64,000 nt of DNA from an uncultured Candidatus Saccharibacteria bacterium (GTDB taxonomy: Bacteria; Patescibacteriota; Saccharimonadia; Saccharimonadales; CAZDQS01). Every line of letters starts with the position of its first letter. Within the stretch, counting starts at the first letter, position 1. Of this stretch, positions 1 to 9,771 are shown one piece after another. The position numbers and the translations under genes were made by a program. The stretch lies in the NCBI GenBank assembly GCA_964507855.1, contig CAZDQS010000001.1:7251-71250 (forward strand), given 5' to 3'. Below the pieces are notes generated by a model. It had not been told where the DNA came from, did not search any database, and saw only the letters and a program-made list of their open reading frames with translations.

Positions 1-446
1 AGCTTGTGCCGGATGCTTTCCAGGTAGGTAATGTCAGCGATTCCGTAGTTGATGCCCGGTAGGTCGACACCAAGGTCGTTCCCGGCATCCATGACAACGG
101 CGTCATTCATGTATTCGACGAGGATCATGTTCTTCGAGCCACCGCCGTCCATGCCACCGAGGCCGATAATCTTCAGGCGCGGCCGGTCGTCGATTTTGTT
201 TGCCCGTCGGGGCTGCTCAAACCGCTGGCTGCTGGCATCTAGATATTGATTAGCGACGCGGTTGGCGTCCTCCATGCTGCGCCTCTGGGCGCGAATAGCT
301 GCCCCGCGGCTGACACCCGAGCCCGTAGAGGCCGGCTTGCCATTACCACGACCATTCCCGTTTGCGCGCTGCTTAGGCGCTGCCTTCGGGCGTTGGTTGT
401 TGCTTGGTGGGCGTTTGGTGCCCTTGTTATTTTTCTTCTGTTCCAT
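1..446 (-). CDS. rnj: Ribonuclease J, N-terminal part only (gene runs off the left edge); start ATG at 446; Lys/Arg/Gly/Asn-rich N-terminal extension before the metallo-beta-lactamase core
   Basis: Reverse translation of 1..446 gives MEQKKNNKGTKRPP...RLKIIGLGGMDGGGSKNMILVEYMNDAVVMDAGNDLGVDLPGINYGIADITYLESI, which matches the conserved RNase J N-terminus (IIPLGGLGEIGKNM...DAG...GVD..IPD.TYL) from memory. Confidence 0.6.
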   Translation of the reverse strand, partial: MEQKKNNKGTKRPPSNNQRPKAAPKQRANGNGRGNGKPASTGSGVSRGAAIRAQRRSMEDANRVANQYLDASSQRFEQPRRANKIDDRPRLKIIGLGGMDGGGSKNMILVEYMNDAVVMDAGNDLGVDLPGINYGIADITYLESIRHK

Positions 447-470
447 ATTTCTCCTTTGATTCTATGAAAG

Positions 471-1283
471 TTATGTAGTTGTTTCTATCTTGTCCAGGAT
501 GGTCGGGATGGCGCTGAAGTCATCGAGAAGCGTCTGGCGCATCCCTCCGTTATACAGTGCCGCCGCCGGATGGAAAAGCGGCAGGATCACCAAGGACGTA
601 ATGGCCTGCTCGTCAGCAGAGCTGCCGACACCGCCATTACTTGCGGCACGCTGCTGCGTTGCCGGCTGCGATACTCCCTTCACCGTACTTTTGTACGGCT
701 GAGTCGTGACTTCGGCCATAGCTTGGCTTTGCCGAGCTTGGTCCGAAGAGCTCATGTCGGTCCGTTTCTCGCCGTCGCCTTGCATCGTATCCGCCCCTTG
801 GTGCCCTGCCAGTCCTGTGAATTTCACACGTATCCTTTTTGGCTGGCCGTGGACCTGACTGATTTTCAGCCCGGGCAGCAGCACATCCATGCTGTGCCTG
901 CCTAGGGTGACAATCAGCTTTGGCTGAATTACCTCGATCTGCTGCCTTAAGAACGGCAAAAAAGCAGCCTTCTCATCCGGCAGCGGGTCGCGGTTGTTCG
1001 GCGGCCGATACTTGACGATATTGGTAATGTAAATGTCCTTTCTCTCGAGGCCGATGCTTGCGAGCATCTCGTCCAGGAACTTGCCTGCCGCGCCGACAAA
1101 CGGTACGCCTTGTACATCTTCGTTCTTGCCCGGTGCCTCGCCGATGAAAACAATATCCGCATCCGGGTTGCCGTCACCGAAGACGAGCTGGGTGGCCTGC
1201 TTGGCCAAATCCGGACAGATATTCTTGGCTAAAATATCTGCCTTAATCTGATCAAGCTGGGGTTGTTTATGTGTTGCTGCCAT
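471..1283 (-). CDS. Uracil-DNA glycosylase, family 4, with an internal roughly 90-aa low-complexity insertion
   Basis: GEAPGKNEDVQGVPFVGAAGKFLDEML motif and C-terminal HPAAALY-type motif; the insertion is rich in S/Q/A/T/G. Confidence 0.75.
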   Translation of the reverse strand: MAATHKQPQLDQIKADILAKNICPDLAKQATQLVFGDGNPDADIVFIGEAPGKNEDVQGVPFVGAAGKFLDEMLASIGLERKDIYITNIVKYRPPNNRDPLPDEKAAFLPFLRQQIEVIQPKLIVTLGRHSMDVLLPGLKISQVHGQPKRIRVKFTGLAGHQGADTMQGDGEKRTDMSSSDQARQSQAMAEVTTQPYKSTVKGVSQPATQQRAASNGGVGSSADEQAITSLVILPLFHPAAALYNGGMRQTLLDDFSAIPTILDKIETTT

Positions 1284-1479
1284 TGGTGTTAAAGAATAGT
1301 GCTCGATGGATCATCTTAGCGGCCCATACCAAGCTGAAGAAGGCGAGGCCATAAGCCAGGATACTGCCACTGTCAATCGCCCATGAGGCAAACAAGTATG
1401 CTGCCCCGAGCGCCAACACCCCAGCTACGGCGACCCTATTGCGTGATTGGAAGATTTCCTGGCTTTTGGCTGTTTTCAT
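1267..1479 (-). CDS. Small hypothetical membrane protein (two predicted TM helices)
   Basis: 70 aa, hydrophobic segments VAVAGVLALGAAYLFASWAI and LAYGLAFFSLVWAA; no recognised family. Confidence 0.3.
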   Translation of the reverse strand: MKTAKSQEIFQSRNRVAVAGVLALGAAYLFASWAIDSGSILAYGLAFFSLVWAAKMIHRALFFNTNGSNT

Positions 1480-1485
1480 CGGTAC

Positions 1486-3633
1486 CTACTTCTTTCCGTT
1501 TAATTCGCGGGCGGCGGCCTTCATGCTTAACTGCAAGCGACCGCGGTCATCGACGGCTACTAATTTTACCGTGACTTTATCCCCTTCTTTAACGACATCT
1601 GACGGTTTGTTAACACGCTCTTCTTTCATCTCTGACACATGTACCAAGCCGTCCTTGCCTGGCAGGATTTGCACGAAAGCACCGAAGTCCATGACGCTGA
1701 CCACAGGCACATTCTCGTAAATCTTACCCACTTCGGGCTCGGCTACGATATCTTGGACCATGCGGATGGCGGCGTTGATGCTGTCGCCGTTCGGGCTGGC
1801 AATCATTACCGTACCATCATCCTTGATATCAATCTCAGCGCCAGTTTCGGCGATAATCTTGTTAATCGTCTCACCGCCCTTGCCGATAACCTCGCGAATC
1901 TTATCCGGATTAATCTGGATTGCCTCAACACGCGGCGCATATGGGCTCATCTCAGTCCTCGGCGCCGGCATGACACTCAGCATGTGGTCAAGAATATACT
2001 TACGGCCTTCTTTCCCTTGCAGGAGGGCCTGCTTCAATATCGCGACCGGCAGACCATGCACCTTCATATCCATCTGGAGCGCCGTAATACCTTCGGTCGT
2101 ACCGGTCACCTTGAAGTCCATGTCACCGGCAAAGTCCTCGGCGTCCGCAATGTCACTTAAGATGTATGGCTTGTCGCCGTCCATCATCAGACCCATAGCG
2201 ATACCGGAAACCGGCCGCTTCAGCGGCACGCCGGCATCCATGAGCGCCAGACAGCTGGAACAGGTTGCAGCCATGGAAGTTGAGCCGTTCTGGCTCATGA
2301 TTTCGGTAACTGAACGGATAGTATACGGAAACTCTGCTTCATCAGGCAGCACGGCCATGAGCGCACGTTCCGCAAGATAGCCGTGACCAATTTCACGCCG
2401 GCCAGGGCTACCAAGCCGACGGACCTCACCAACGGTATAACCCGGTGCATTGTAGTGATGGAGATAGCGACGCTCCGTGTCCTTTTCCATGGTATCCACT
2501 ATCTGAACGTAGCTCAGCGGTGCAAGCGTCACGATGTTCATCGCCTGGGTGACACCACGGGTGAACAGGCTGGAGCCGTGAGCCCGCGGCAAGATACCGA
2601 CTTCGCTGAAGAGCGGGCGGATTTCCGTCAGTTTGCGGCCGTCAGGGCGGATGCCCTCTTCAACAATGCCGCGGCGGACATCCTTATGTAGCGCACTCGT
2701 AAAGGCCTCGTCATACTCGGCCTTCAGCTCCTTGAAGCCTTCTTCGCCGATAATCTTCTGGAAGTGTTCATGCATGGCGACGCGCAAGTCATGCACGAGA
2801 TCATTGCGCTCCGGATATGGCTTACGCAGGTTTTCACCAAGCTTACCTTCGACCCACTTATCAACAAGCTTCTGGATCTCTTCGTCGGGCTTCAGCAGCT
2901 CGTATTCTTGCGGTGTCACACCGACTTCCTTGACGAGTTCCTGCTGCAGCTTAATGGCCGGCTGAATAGCCTTGTGGGCATACTCGAGCGCTTCGGCGAT
3001 TTCGTCTTCACTGACTTCGCGCGCGCCAGCTTCAACCATCATAATGGCGTCTTCAGTACCGGCAACCACGAGGTCAAGACGGCCTTTCTCTAACTGTTCG
3101 GGCGACAGGAATGCTTCGTATTCGCCCTTGCCATTGATACCAACGCGCACACCGGCAACCGGGCCTTCAAACGGCGCGCCGGTTAGCATTAGTGCCGCGC
3201 TCATGGCGATCATGGCAATAGCGTCCGGCCGGAATGCCGGATCAAGGCTCAAAACCGTTGCTACACCCTGCACTTCGTGTCGGTAGCCCTTTGGCCACAG
3301 CGGGCGGATGGGGCGGTCAATCAACCGTCCGATAAGGATAGCCTCGTCACTCGGCCGGCCTTCACGTTTGATAAAACGGCTACCGCTAATCTTGCCAGCA
3401 GCGTACATCTTCTCTTCGTAATCGATGCTTAAGGGGAAGTAGTCCATCCCCGGTACGCTGTTCGGGCTGACCATAGCCGTGCCGAGCACAACGGTGTCAC
3501 CGTAGCGCGCCAGCACTGAGGCTGAAGTACGGAAACCGACCCGGCCAACCTCAAGCGTCAGCGTGCGGCCGCAGAATTCTGTCTCTACGGTAATAAGTTT
3601 TTTACCAATTGGATTGGTAGTAGTTTGTCCCAT
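1486..3633 (-). CDS. pnp: Polynucleotide phosphorylase (two RNase PH domains, KH and S1)
   Basis: 715 aa; typical PNPase N-terminus, phosphate-binding region, C-terminal KH (GKGGETINKI) and S1 (VGKIYENVPVVSVMDFGAFV) domains. Confidence 0.95.
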   Translation of the reverse strand: MGQTTTNPIGKKLITVETEFCGRTLTLEVGRVGFRTSASVLARYGDTVVLGTAMVSPNSVPGMDYFPLSIDYEEKMYAAGKISGSRFIKREGRPSDEAILIGRLIDRPIRPLWPKGYRHEVQGVATVLSLDPAFRPDAIAMIAMSAALMLTGAPFEGPVAGVRVGINGKGEYEAFLSPEQLEKGRLDLVVAGTEDAIMMVEAGAREVSEDEIAEALEYAHKAIQPAIKLQQELVKEVGVTPQEYELLKPDEEIQKLVDKWVEGKLGENLRKPYPERNDLVHDLRVAMHEHFQKIIGEEGFKELKAEYDEAFTSALHKDVRRGIVEEGIRPDGRKLTEIRPLFSEVGILPRAHGSSLFTRGVTQAMNIVTLAPLSYVQIVDTMEKDTERRYLHHYNAPGYTVGEVRRLGSPGRREIGHGYLAERALMAVLPDEAEFPYTIRSVTEIMSQNGSTSMAATCSSCLALMDAGVPLKRPVSGIAMGLMMDGDKPYILSDIADAEDFAGDMDFKVTGTTEGITALQMDMKVHGLPVAILKQALLQGKEGRKYILDHMLSVMPAPRTEMSPYAPRVEAIQINPDKIREVIGKGGETINKIIAETGAEIDIKDDGTVMIASPNGDSINAAIRMVQDIVAEPEVGKIYENVPVVSVMDFGAFVQILPGKDGLVHVSEMKEERVNKPSDVVKEGDKVTVKLVAVDDRGRLQLSMKAAARELNGKK

Positions 3634-3762
3634 TTGTTAATAGAACCTTTCTGTCGTCAAGCGCGGTCACTTACACAGTGCAAATATATGGCATTCCCCT
3701 TGTGCGATAGGGCGCTATATATCTGGCCTTTGTAAGCGACGATGTACTTATCGACTTTAATG

Positions 3763-3784
3763 TGCACAAGCTTCTCCGCCGCGG
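3763..3784 (-). promoter_or_regulatory. Imperfect stem-loop (CTCCGCCG-cgga-CGGCGAAG) in the rpsO-pnp intergenic region; possible rpsO attenuator or pnp-leader RNase III-type processing hairpin
   Basis: 8-bp stem with one mismatch, about 25 nt after the rpsO stop, not followed by a U-tract. Confidence 0.35.
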
Positions 3785-3808
3785 ACGGCGAAGTATAGTC
3801 TATGCACC

Positions 3809-4075
3809 TTATTTGCGAAGGCCGAGTTTCTGGATTAGATCAAGATACTGCTTGCTGTCACGGTCAGCGATGTATTTGAGCAAACGGCGGCGCTTGCCGA
3901 CCATCTGCAGCAGGCCGCGGCGAGCCGCGAAATCCTTCTTGTTCGTCTTCAAGTGCTCAGTGAGCTCCTTGATACGCTCGGTCAAAACACCTACCTGTAC
4001 CGCAGCAGAACCAGAGTCATTCTTTGATGACTGCAAGTCCTTGATAATGGCTTGTTTCTTCTCACCTGTAATCAT
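3809..4075 (-). CDS. rpsO: 30S ribosomal protein S15
   Basis: 88 aa; LTERIKELTEHLKTNKKDFAARRGLLQMVGKRRRLLKYI is the S15 signature. Confidence 0.9.
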   Translation of the reverse strand: MITGEKKQAIIKDLQSSKNDSGSAAVQVGVLTERIKELTEHLKTNKKDFAARRGLLQMVGKRRRLLKYIADRDSKQYLDLIQKLGLRK

Positions 4076-4129
4076 ATCGAAATAATACTAGCATAGTTTC
4101 ATCTGTTAGACAAGTATTTGGCAGTCGCT

Positions 4130-4702
4130 TTACCGCCCGGCGCGCCTCAGAAGAGAACCAATGAATGAAGCTGGGGTTGACCGGCGCGCCTCACGCATTA
4201 CCACTGGAACCCAGAATACAAACCTTTCAAAGTCCTCCTTTATCTTTTCCTTGCTCGGCGGCATGGTGACACCTTCCGGCAGCGTATCATCCACGGGCGT
4301 ACCAGGCCGGAGGTAAGTCTGCATACCTTCGCGGTATTGCAACATGTTTGCTTCACGCGGATCATATCCGAAGGAAACGGATTTATCCACTTTTTTCCCG
4401 TCTTCTTTTGCAATCAACCATAGCGTTGCAGTCACGTCATTATTGGGATTGCGAAAAACCCTGACCATACCGCCGGAGTTCTCGTCAACGGCTTCATATG
4501 CCCGGATAACCGTCCCGTCGCTACCCTCGATGTCCCATCCATGCTGATCAAGTAACGTATCGAAGAATTCCTGGAACTGTCCCGCCACTGCAGGCTTGAC
4601 TGGAAAATCCACACTATGAGTCGCTATCGTCGGGTCGAGAAGTTCGGGGCTGAGGAGGGGTGTTTCAGAGTAAGGCATTTTGATTACCAGATTAACTGGC
4701 AT
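4130..4702 (-). CDS. Hypothetical protein
   Basis: 190-aa ORF with a coding-like composition and no family I can recognise. Confidence 0.4.
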   Translation of the reverse strand: MPVNLVIKMPYSETPLLSPELLDPTIATHSVDFPVKPAVAGQFQEFFDTLLDQHGWDIEGSDGTVIRAYEAVDENSGGMVRVFRNPNNDVTATLWLIAKEDGKKVDKSVSFGYDPREANMLQYREGMQTYLRPGTPVDDTLPEGVTMPPSKEKIKEDFERFVFWVPVVMREARRSTPASFIGSLLRRAGR

Positions 4703-4727
4703 TAACGTTAATTATTATACTAAATAC

Positions 4728-5414
4728 TTATGTTTTTGTCAAGATATTTTGATGAATTTTCTCACCATCTACCTCTGTTACTAGTACTGCCTTGTCGATA
4801 GTAAACTCCCCGACCCGCGTGCGTCTTAGGCTACTCATGTACGCACCTGTGCTAAGCGCTGTGCCGATATCTTCTACCAGCGAGCGGATGTACGTCCCGC
4901 TTGAAACATCAGCCGTGAACTGAATATGCGGGTATTCATAGGCAATGTTCTCAATAGCGTGGATGGTGACTTTGCGCGGCTCGAGCTTCACCTCTTTGCC
5001 TGCCCGGGCGAGCTTATATGCCCGCTGGCCGCCCACTTTTACGGCGGAGTACGCTGGCGGAGTTTGCTCGATCTCTCCCACAAACTGCTCCATTGCCCGT
5101 ATGACTTCTTCCTGGCTTGGCTCATGGCTTGAACCTGCGGTCTTCTCCCCTTCTTCATCCCCAGTGGTACTTGTCATACCAAGCCGCATGGTGACATCGT
5201 ACGTTTTGTCCAGCTTCGAGAATTCTTGGGCGCGCTTGCAGTAACTACCGAGCGTCAGCACCAGCAAGCCGGTCGCCAATGGATCAAGCGTGCCGGTGTG
5301 GCCGACTTTCGGCTTCTTCACGCCGGTTTCTTTCTTAAGAATGCCGCGAACCTTCGCTACTACATCAAACGACGTCCAGTCTTGAGGCTTATCTATAAGT
5401 AACAATCCATCCAT
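4728..5414 (-). CDS. truB: tRNA pseudouridine(55) synthase
   Basis: LLIDKPQDWTSFDVVAKVR...KVGHTGTLDPLATGLLVL catalytic Asp motif. Confidence 0.9.
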   Translation of the reverse strand: MDGLLLIDKPQDWTSFDVVAKVRGILKKETGVKKPKVGHTGTLDPLATGLLVLTLGSYCKRAQEFSKLDKTYDVTMRLGMTSTTGDEEGEKTAGSSHEPSQEEVIRAMEQFVGEIEQTPPAYSAVKVGGQRAYKLARAGKEVKLEPRKVTIHAIENIAYEYPHIQFTADVSSGTYIRSLVEDIGTALSTGAYMSSLRRTRVGEFTIDKAVLVTEVDGEKIHQNILTKT

Positions 5415-5437
5415 CAGGGACAGTATACCCTACGCTA

Positions 5438-7594
5438 TCAGTGATAAGCAGCAATCACTTCGCTCAAGTCCCGGACACTGATCGCGCCATCACCGCTCAG
5501 ATCGCCAGATGAACGGCCCAGACCAGTACGGCCGTAATTAGCCAAAACGATGGCAAGGTCCGCGGCATTCGCATGTCCATCGCCATTAACATCACCGAGC
5601 TGGCTGCCCGGCTGCTCCGGATCGGGTCCTGGGTGCTGATGGTCATCCGGCGGTACGCCCGGCAAGCCCATATCCTGCTCGATAAAAAGGTAGTTGTCAT
5701 TGAAGTCCAGCGGTGGCGCGATGAACGCATTGAAATTGGCAAATATGTCTTGCGGCTGGGTGTAGGCTGGCTGGCTGCCCTGAGCGTACTCCAGCTCGAT
5801 GTGCACATTTGTCACATCAGTACCGAGGTTGAAAGTGATGTCATTCATGCCAATCCGTAAATCATTGGCATTGATGATAATACCGGTCGAGTGCGGCGTG
5901 TAGTTGGAGGCGATTGGGTTTTGGGCTGGGCTGGGCATGTTATTGGCAGGGTTCGGGAACGAATAGTTTTTGCCATTAACCACGATATGATGAGCGCTGA
6001 ACCAGGTGTATGCCCCGTTATTGGCATGGGTCAGCGGATTGATCGTGAACATGACGCGCGCCTGCACAGGGCTGCCGATTGCATCCGGTATAGGCACTTT
6101 TGCTGTCCGATTACCGAGCCGGAACGGATGGGTTGGCGTGCCGGTCGCTATTTGCGGCACCGTACCGTCGCTGCCGCCGTCAAGATAGTTGTGCGTTACA
6201 GTCGTCGGCGCCGGTCCCGAAAATCCAAAGTTATCCCAATGGAATAGAGATACTGTCGGCTCGATTGCAGGCTTGCGCCACTCGAAATCCTTGCCCGTCG
6301 TATACGAAAACAGCTCACTCGTAACCTGGAACTTGGTAATACCGGCAAGGTGCGCTGGCGTCGGCACCGTCATGACCCGAATACCGTTGATGATGAGCGA
6401 AATTTTTGTCGGTGAATATTCAATCACCCAATGCTTGCGAACATTCGGCACCGTGAGCATGGTTGCAGCCGAGTCATTCGGCAGCGGTATGGGGCTGTAC
6501 GTGGTCACTTTCTTGGACATGTTACAGGCAGTGAGGTCAGCCTTTTCGCCGCTCCAGTGCGGGCAGTTCAGCTCAAGAGGGCGAATTATCGATGGGTTGC
6601 GGCTGGCGTCCCATGTGTTGAAGAACACTTCTTCGATCGTCTGCGTTAGGCGCAACATAGAACCCGGCTCGTTGCGGTCCTCCTGGAAGAAGTCATCGTG
6701 TCCCTCAAGGTCAACAGGCACACCGTTTGTGCGAGCCGTTACAGGGATGAGGTCGATGTACCAGATATCCCGGTTGCGGCTGGCACCGTCGGCATCAATC
6801 TCGATAAGCGCCGGATTAGCCTCGGTTGCGCCGCTGACATCGAACACCGCCCGTGGCCGTGATGCGGAAGCCGCCCGATCGCAGTACGGCAAGCCCTGCG
6901 ACTGCTGCACGCGGGCCCGCACTTGGTTATGGGCATGAAGCTGGTTGTTGATGAACGCCCCGTTATAACCGGGATCGGCACAGCCAGTGTAGGCGCTGTT
7001 CCATTTCGTTTCGTCAAAGTTGCCGGCCGGCAGGTCAAAATCATCAAAGAAACCGGTCAGCCGCTGCTTCATGGCATCGACCCGCGCAGCAGTAGCCGTG
7101 CCTGAAGCATGTACCGGCGGCGAAACCCGACCGTCCGCGACAGCGTACTCGCCATGGTACGTTTTGCCGTCCCGCACCACCGAGCTCGTGATCGTTCCTG
7201 CCACCGACTGGACGCTCACGGTGTATGTCACGCCATTTTCAAGCGGCTGTATCTGCGTCATAGTGTAAATCGTCTGTTTAGCCTTGGTCAGCGGTTCGCC
7301 CGCTTTGCCCCACTGCACATAGTAGCCGACGATGCCGTTCGTATTAGTCGGAGCATCCCACGTCACCGTCGCGACCTCATCATCGCCGTAGACTGTGACA
7401 TTCCGCGGCTGCGGCAAGGATGGATCAATCGTCACAGTTACAGCACGTGTCAGCCGCCAGACGTAAAAACTGCCAGCCACCGCCAGCAGCACAACAAACA
7501 CAATAATCAGCGGCCGGCGCTGCTGGAGCCGAAACGTCCTGACAGGCAGCGCACCTACCGCGGTTTTATGTCTGTTTGCCGAGAATAGTTTCAT
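5438..7594 (-). CDS. Secreted or cell-surface protein with an N-terminal signal-anchor, an FN3 domain, a large uncharacterised central domain and a C-terminal dockerin-like module
   Basis: N-terminal TM (LIIVFVVLLAVAGSFYVW); FN3-like VTWDAP...YTVSVQSV; C-terminal GDVNGDGHANAADLAIVLANYGRTGLGRSSGDLSGDGAISVRDLSEVIAAYH is a duplicated Ca-binding dockerin repeat. Confidence 0.7.
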   Translation of the reverse strand: MKLFSANRHKTAVGALPVRTFRLQQRRPLIIVFVVLLAVAGSFYVWRLTRAVTVTIDPSLPQPRNVTVYGDDEVATVTWDAPTNTNGIVGYYVQWGKAGEPLTKAKQTIYTMTQIQPLENGVTYTVSVQSVAGTITSSVVRDGKTYHGEYAVADGRVSPPVHASGTATAARVDAMKQRLTGFFDDFDLPAGNFDETKWNSAYTGCADPGYNGAFINNQLHAHNQVRARVQQSQGLPYCDRAASASRPRAVFDVSGATEANPALIEIDADGASRNRDIWYIDLIPVTARTNGVPVDLEGHDDFFQEDRNEPGSMLRLTQTIEEVFFNTWDASRNPSIIRPLELNCPHWSGEKADLTACNMSKKVTTYSPIPLPNDSAATMLTVPNVRKHWVIEYSPTKISLIINGIRVMTVPTPAHLAGITKFQVTSELFSYTTGKDFEWRKPAIEPTVSLFHWDNFGFSGPAPTTVTHNYLDGGSDGTVPQIATGTPTHPFRLGNRTAKVPIPDAIGSPVQARVMFTINPLTHANNGAYTWFSAHHIVVNGKNYSFPNPANNMPSPAQNPIASNYTPHSTGIIINANDLRIGMNDITFNLGTDVTNVHIELEYAQGSQPAYTQPQDIFANFNAFIAPPLDFNDNYLFIEQDMGLPGVPPDDHQHPGPDPEQPGSQLGDVNGDGHANAADLAIVLANYGRTGLGRSSGDLSGDGAISVRDLSEVIAAYH

Positions 7595-7657
7595 TGATTG
7601 TAGCTTAGATTAAGCATAAAGTTTTTTACTCGTCGCGTAAAGTATCGGTGCAGCGCG

Positions 7658-9727
7658 TCAATTGCCGTAGCGCGAAACCACTTCACTGAGATCAAGGCCA
7701 TTGACCGTACCGTCACCGCTAACATCACCTTGCGAGCGATTCCGGCCGCTGCGGCCGTAGCTAGCAAGCACGATACCTAAATCCGTACTGGTAACAACTC
7801 CGTCGCCATTGACGTCGCCCTGCACCGGGTCAGACGGCGGTGGCGCAACCTCATCGGTCGTGATAAGCAGCGCCCAATCCTTGTTGTTCTCGGTCGGTGG
7901 CGTGCCCATGCTTGTCATTCCGCCGCCGTTGACCGTTTGGGCATTGCCTGCAAACTGGCCGGTGCGCGGGTTATACCACCGCGTGGTGTATGTCCCGTTC
8001 GCGAGGTTTACGCTAACGGCAGAATCAGCCTGTGTCTGATAGACCACGTAGGTATGCCCTAGCTTGGCCAGCACCCGCGGCGCCCGCCCACCCGACGTCA
8101 GACCGTCATGCGGCGACATATCCCAAAACGGCGTGTGATTACGGAAAAAGTCAAGCGCGTAGCGTGTCTGGTCGAACAGCTTGTCGCGCGAGCGGAAATC
8201 TTCGGCATTAACATCATTGTGGGCGTAGCCATAGCCAAAGTACCACTCGACGCCTCCGCCGCCAGCCATGAGATTGCCCCAGAGGTAATCCTGGCGTGGC
8301 ACATCACGCGACGGGTCGTCCGCATCAGGCGTGACACCAGTGCTGCCCGGCACCTGTTCATCGTGCGCCACGACCCATGGCCGCCCGGCCGCAGCTGAGG
8401 CCTCCCGCCACTGCCGAGTGGGATTGTAGCTGGCACGAACCTGTAGCGCTGCGCTTTCGTAATTCGGATCGCCGAGCAGATCAGGATAAATTTTGTCCTG
8501 TTCACGCGGATAGGTGTGCTGGGAAATCGGGTGGTCATAAGGGTCCACCTGCCGCACATACGCCGCGTAGGACTTAAGTCGCGCCGTGGTGTTGTCCGGT
8601 TCTTCGCCCATGTCCCAAGTAATCCCAAGATGGTGGGCAAATCGCGCTACTAGCTCGCGGTAGTACAGCTTGCGCATAGTGCCGAGATCGCCATTGTCCA
8701 GATGGTGGTCATTCTCCGCTTCCTGCATAAAGAAGTGGAGGTGGATGCCGAGCTTATCCATGTGCGAGAAGACGATTTCCCACTGATCCAGCTTGCTGAC
8801 ATCGTACCTATCAACGACGTTCGGGTCAGTCCACGGCCAGACGTCCTTGCCATCCCCCTTCGGCCCGGTCATAACGATGAAGTACTGGCTGTTCACGCCT
8901 TTGGACGCCAGGTAGTTGAGCGCGCCGATTATCCCCTTGCCCTTACCGTTTTTCCAGGTAGGGTCACCGCTTTTCCAGTCCCCCAGGTGCGGTTGGTATT
9001 CGTGAATGAAAGCGTTGGTATTGTCCAGATCATAGGTATCGTCAAAATCTTTGTAGGCAAGGAAGTTTTCCGGGCTGCCTGCGCCACCCTTCAGGAAATA
9101 TTCCCCAGTGCTGGCATGCTGGAAATGATGCTTGCCAACATAGCGGAGCATACCTTTGGCGCGGAAATCAGCGCCCGTCTTGTTGCTCGCCGACACCTGG
9201 AATGAGCCGCTGAGACCATCAAGGCTGCCGGGAGTACCCGCCCCCGCTTGGTCGCTCACCGCTACATTTGACCCTGTGCGGAATGATACTTGGTACGTCC
9301 AAGTGCCGGTCGCGTCCGGTGTGAAGTGCACTCGCCATTTATTACCGCTGGTTGCACCCGTTTCGGCAGCATTGCCATCGGCCGCAAAAAAGCCCGGCAC
9401 AGTGTACTGTTTGCCTCCATTCGTGAATGTCACACTCAGCCGATAATCAAGAAACGGATTAGGCGATCCGCCTTCAGATACCGTGGGCCCGTCGAAAGTA
9501 AGCGTGACCCGATGCCATTGCCGTAGCTCGCCGGATATAGTCGCGGCAGCTGCTCTGGTACTGGCCATCCAATACCACGATGTCACGACTAGCACCAGAA
9601 CCGACAACATGCTCAGCACCTTGCCATGACGGCGAACGAACGGTATGCGTGACGGCAAGACCGACGTTGCATGCGCAGGTTTGCTAACGCTTCGTCTGCC
9701 AGCTTGGTTGTATGTCATTCTGCCCAT
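7658..9727 (-). CDS. Putative glycoside hydrolase (DUF5060-like N-domain plus DUF4038/GH5-like TIM-barrel domain) with a C-terminal dockerin-like module
   Basis: WHRVTLTFDGP...NPFLDYRLSVTF...YTVPGFFAADG pattern typical of the DUF5060 beta-sandwich; TIM-barrel-like core; C-terminal GDVNGDGVVTSTDLGIVLASYGRSGRNRSQGDVSGDGTVNGLDLSEVVSRYGN. Confidence 0.6.
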   Translation of the reverse strand: MGRMTYNQAGRRSVSKPAHATSVLPSRIPFVRRHGKVLSMLSVLVLVVTSWYWMASTRAAAATISGELRQWHRVTLTFDGPTVSEGGSPNPFLDYRLSVTFTNGGKQYTVPGFFAADGNAAETGATSGNKWRVHFTPDATGTWTYQVSFRTGSNVAVSDQAGAGTPGSLDGLSGSFQVSASNKTGADFRAKGMLRYVGKHHFQHASTGEYFLKGGAGSPENFLAYKDFDDTYDLDNTNAFIHEYQPHLGDWKSGDPTWKNGKGKGIIGALNYLASKGVNSQYFIVMTGPKGDGKDVWPWTDPNVVDRYDVSKLDQWEIVFSHMDKLGIHLHFFMQEAENDHHLDNGDLGTMRKLYYRELVARFAHHLGITWDMGEEPDNTTARLKSYAAYVRQVDPYDHPISQHTYPREQDKIYPDLLGDPNYESAALQVRASYNPTRQWREASAAAGRPWVVAHDEQVPGSTGVTPDADDPSRDVPRQDYLWGNLMAGGGGVEWYFGYGYAHNDVNAEDFRSRDKLFDQTRYALDFFRNHTPFWDMSPHDGLTSGGRAPRVLAKLGHTYVVYQTQADSAVSVNLANGTYTTRWYNPRTGQFAGNAQTVNGGGMTSMGTPPTENNKDWALLITTDEVAPPPSDPVQGDVNGDGVVTSTDLGIVLASYGRSGRNRSQGDVSGDGTVNGLDLSEVVSRYGN

Positions 9728-9771
9728 AAAAGCCTTTGTAGAGTTACGTAACGGCTTCCGAGTAATCTGCC

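Noticed and set aside
1639-3286. Several long plus-strand ORFs (1639..2160, 1760..2380, 2383..2691, 2633..3093, 2972..3286) inside the pnp locus
   Set aside because: They are antisense shadow ORFs of a high-confidence PNPase gene, with no motifs and S/A/R/P-rich composition typical of out-of-frame translation. The same reasoning applies to antisense ORFs within polA, groEL, rpoD, dnaG, argS and the dockerin genes.
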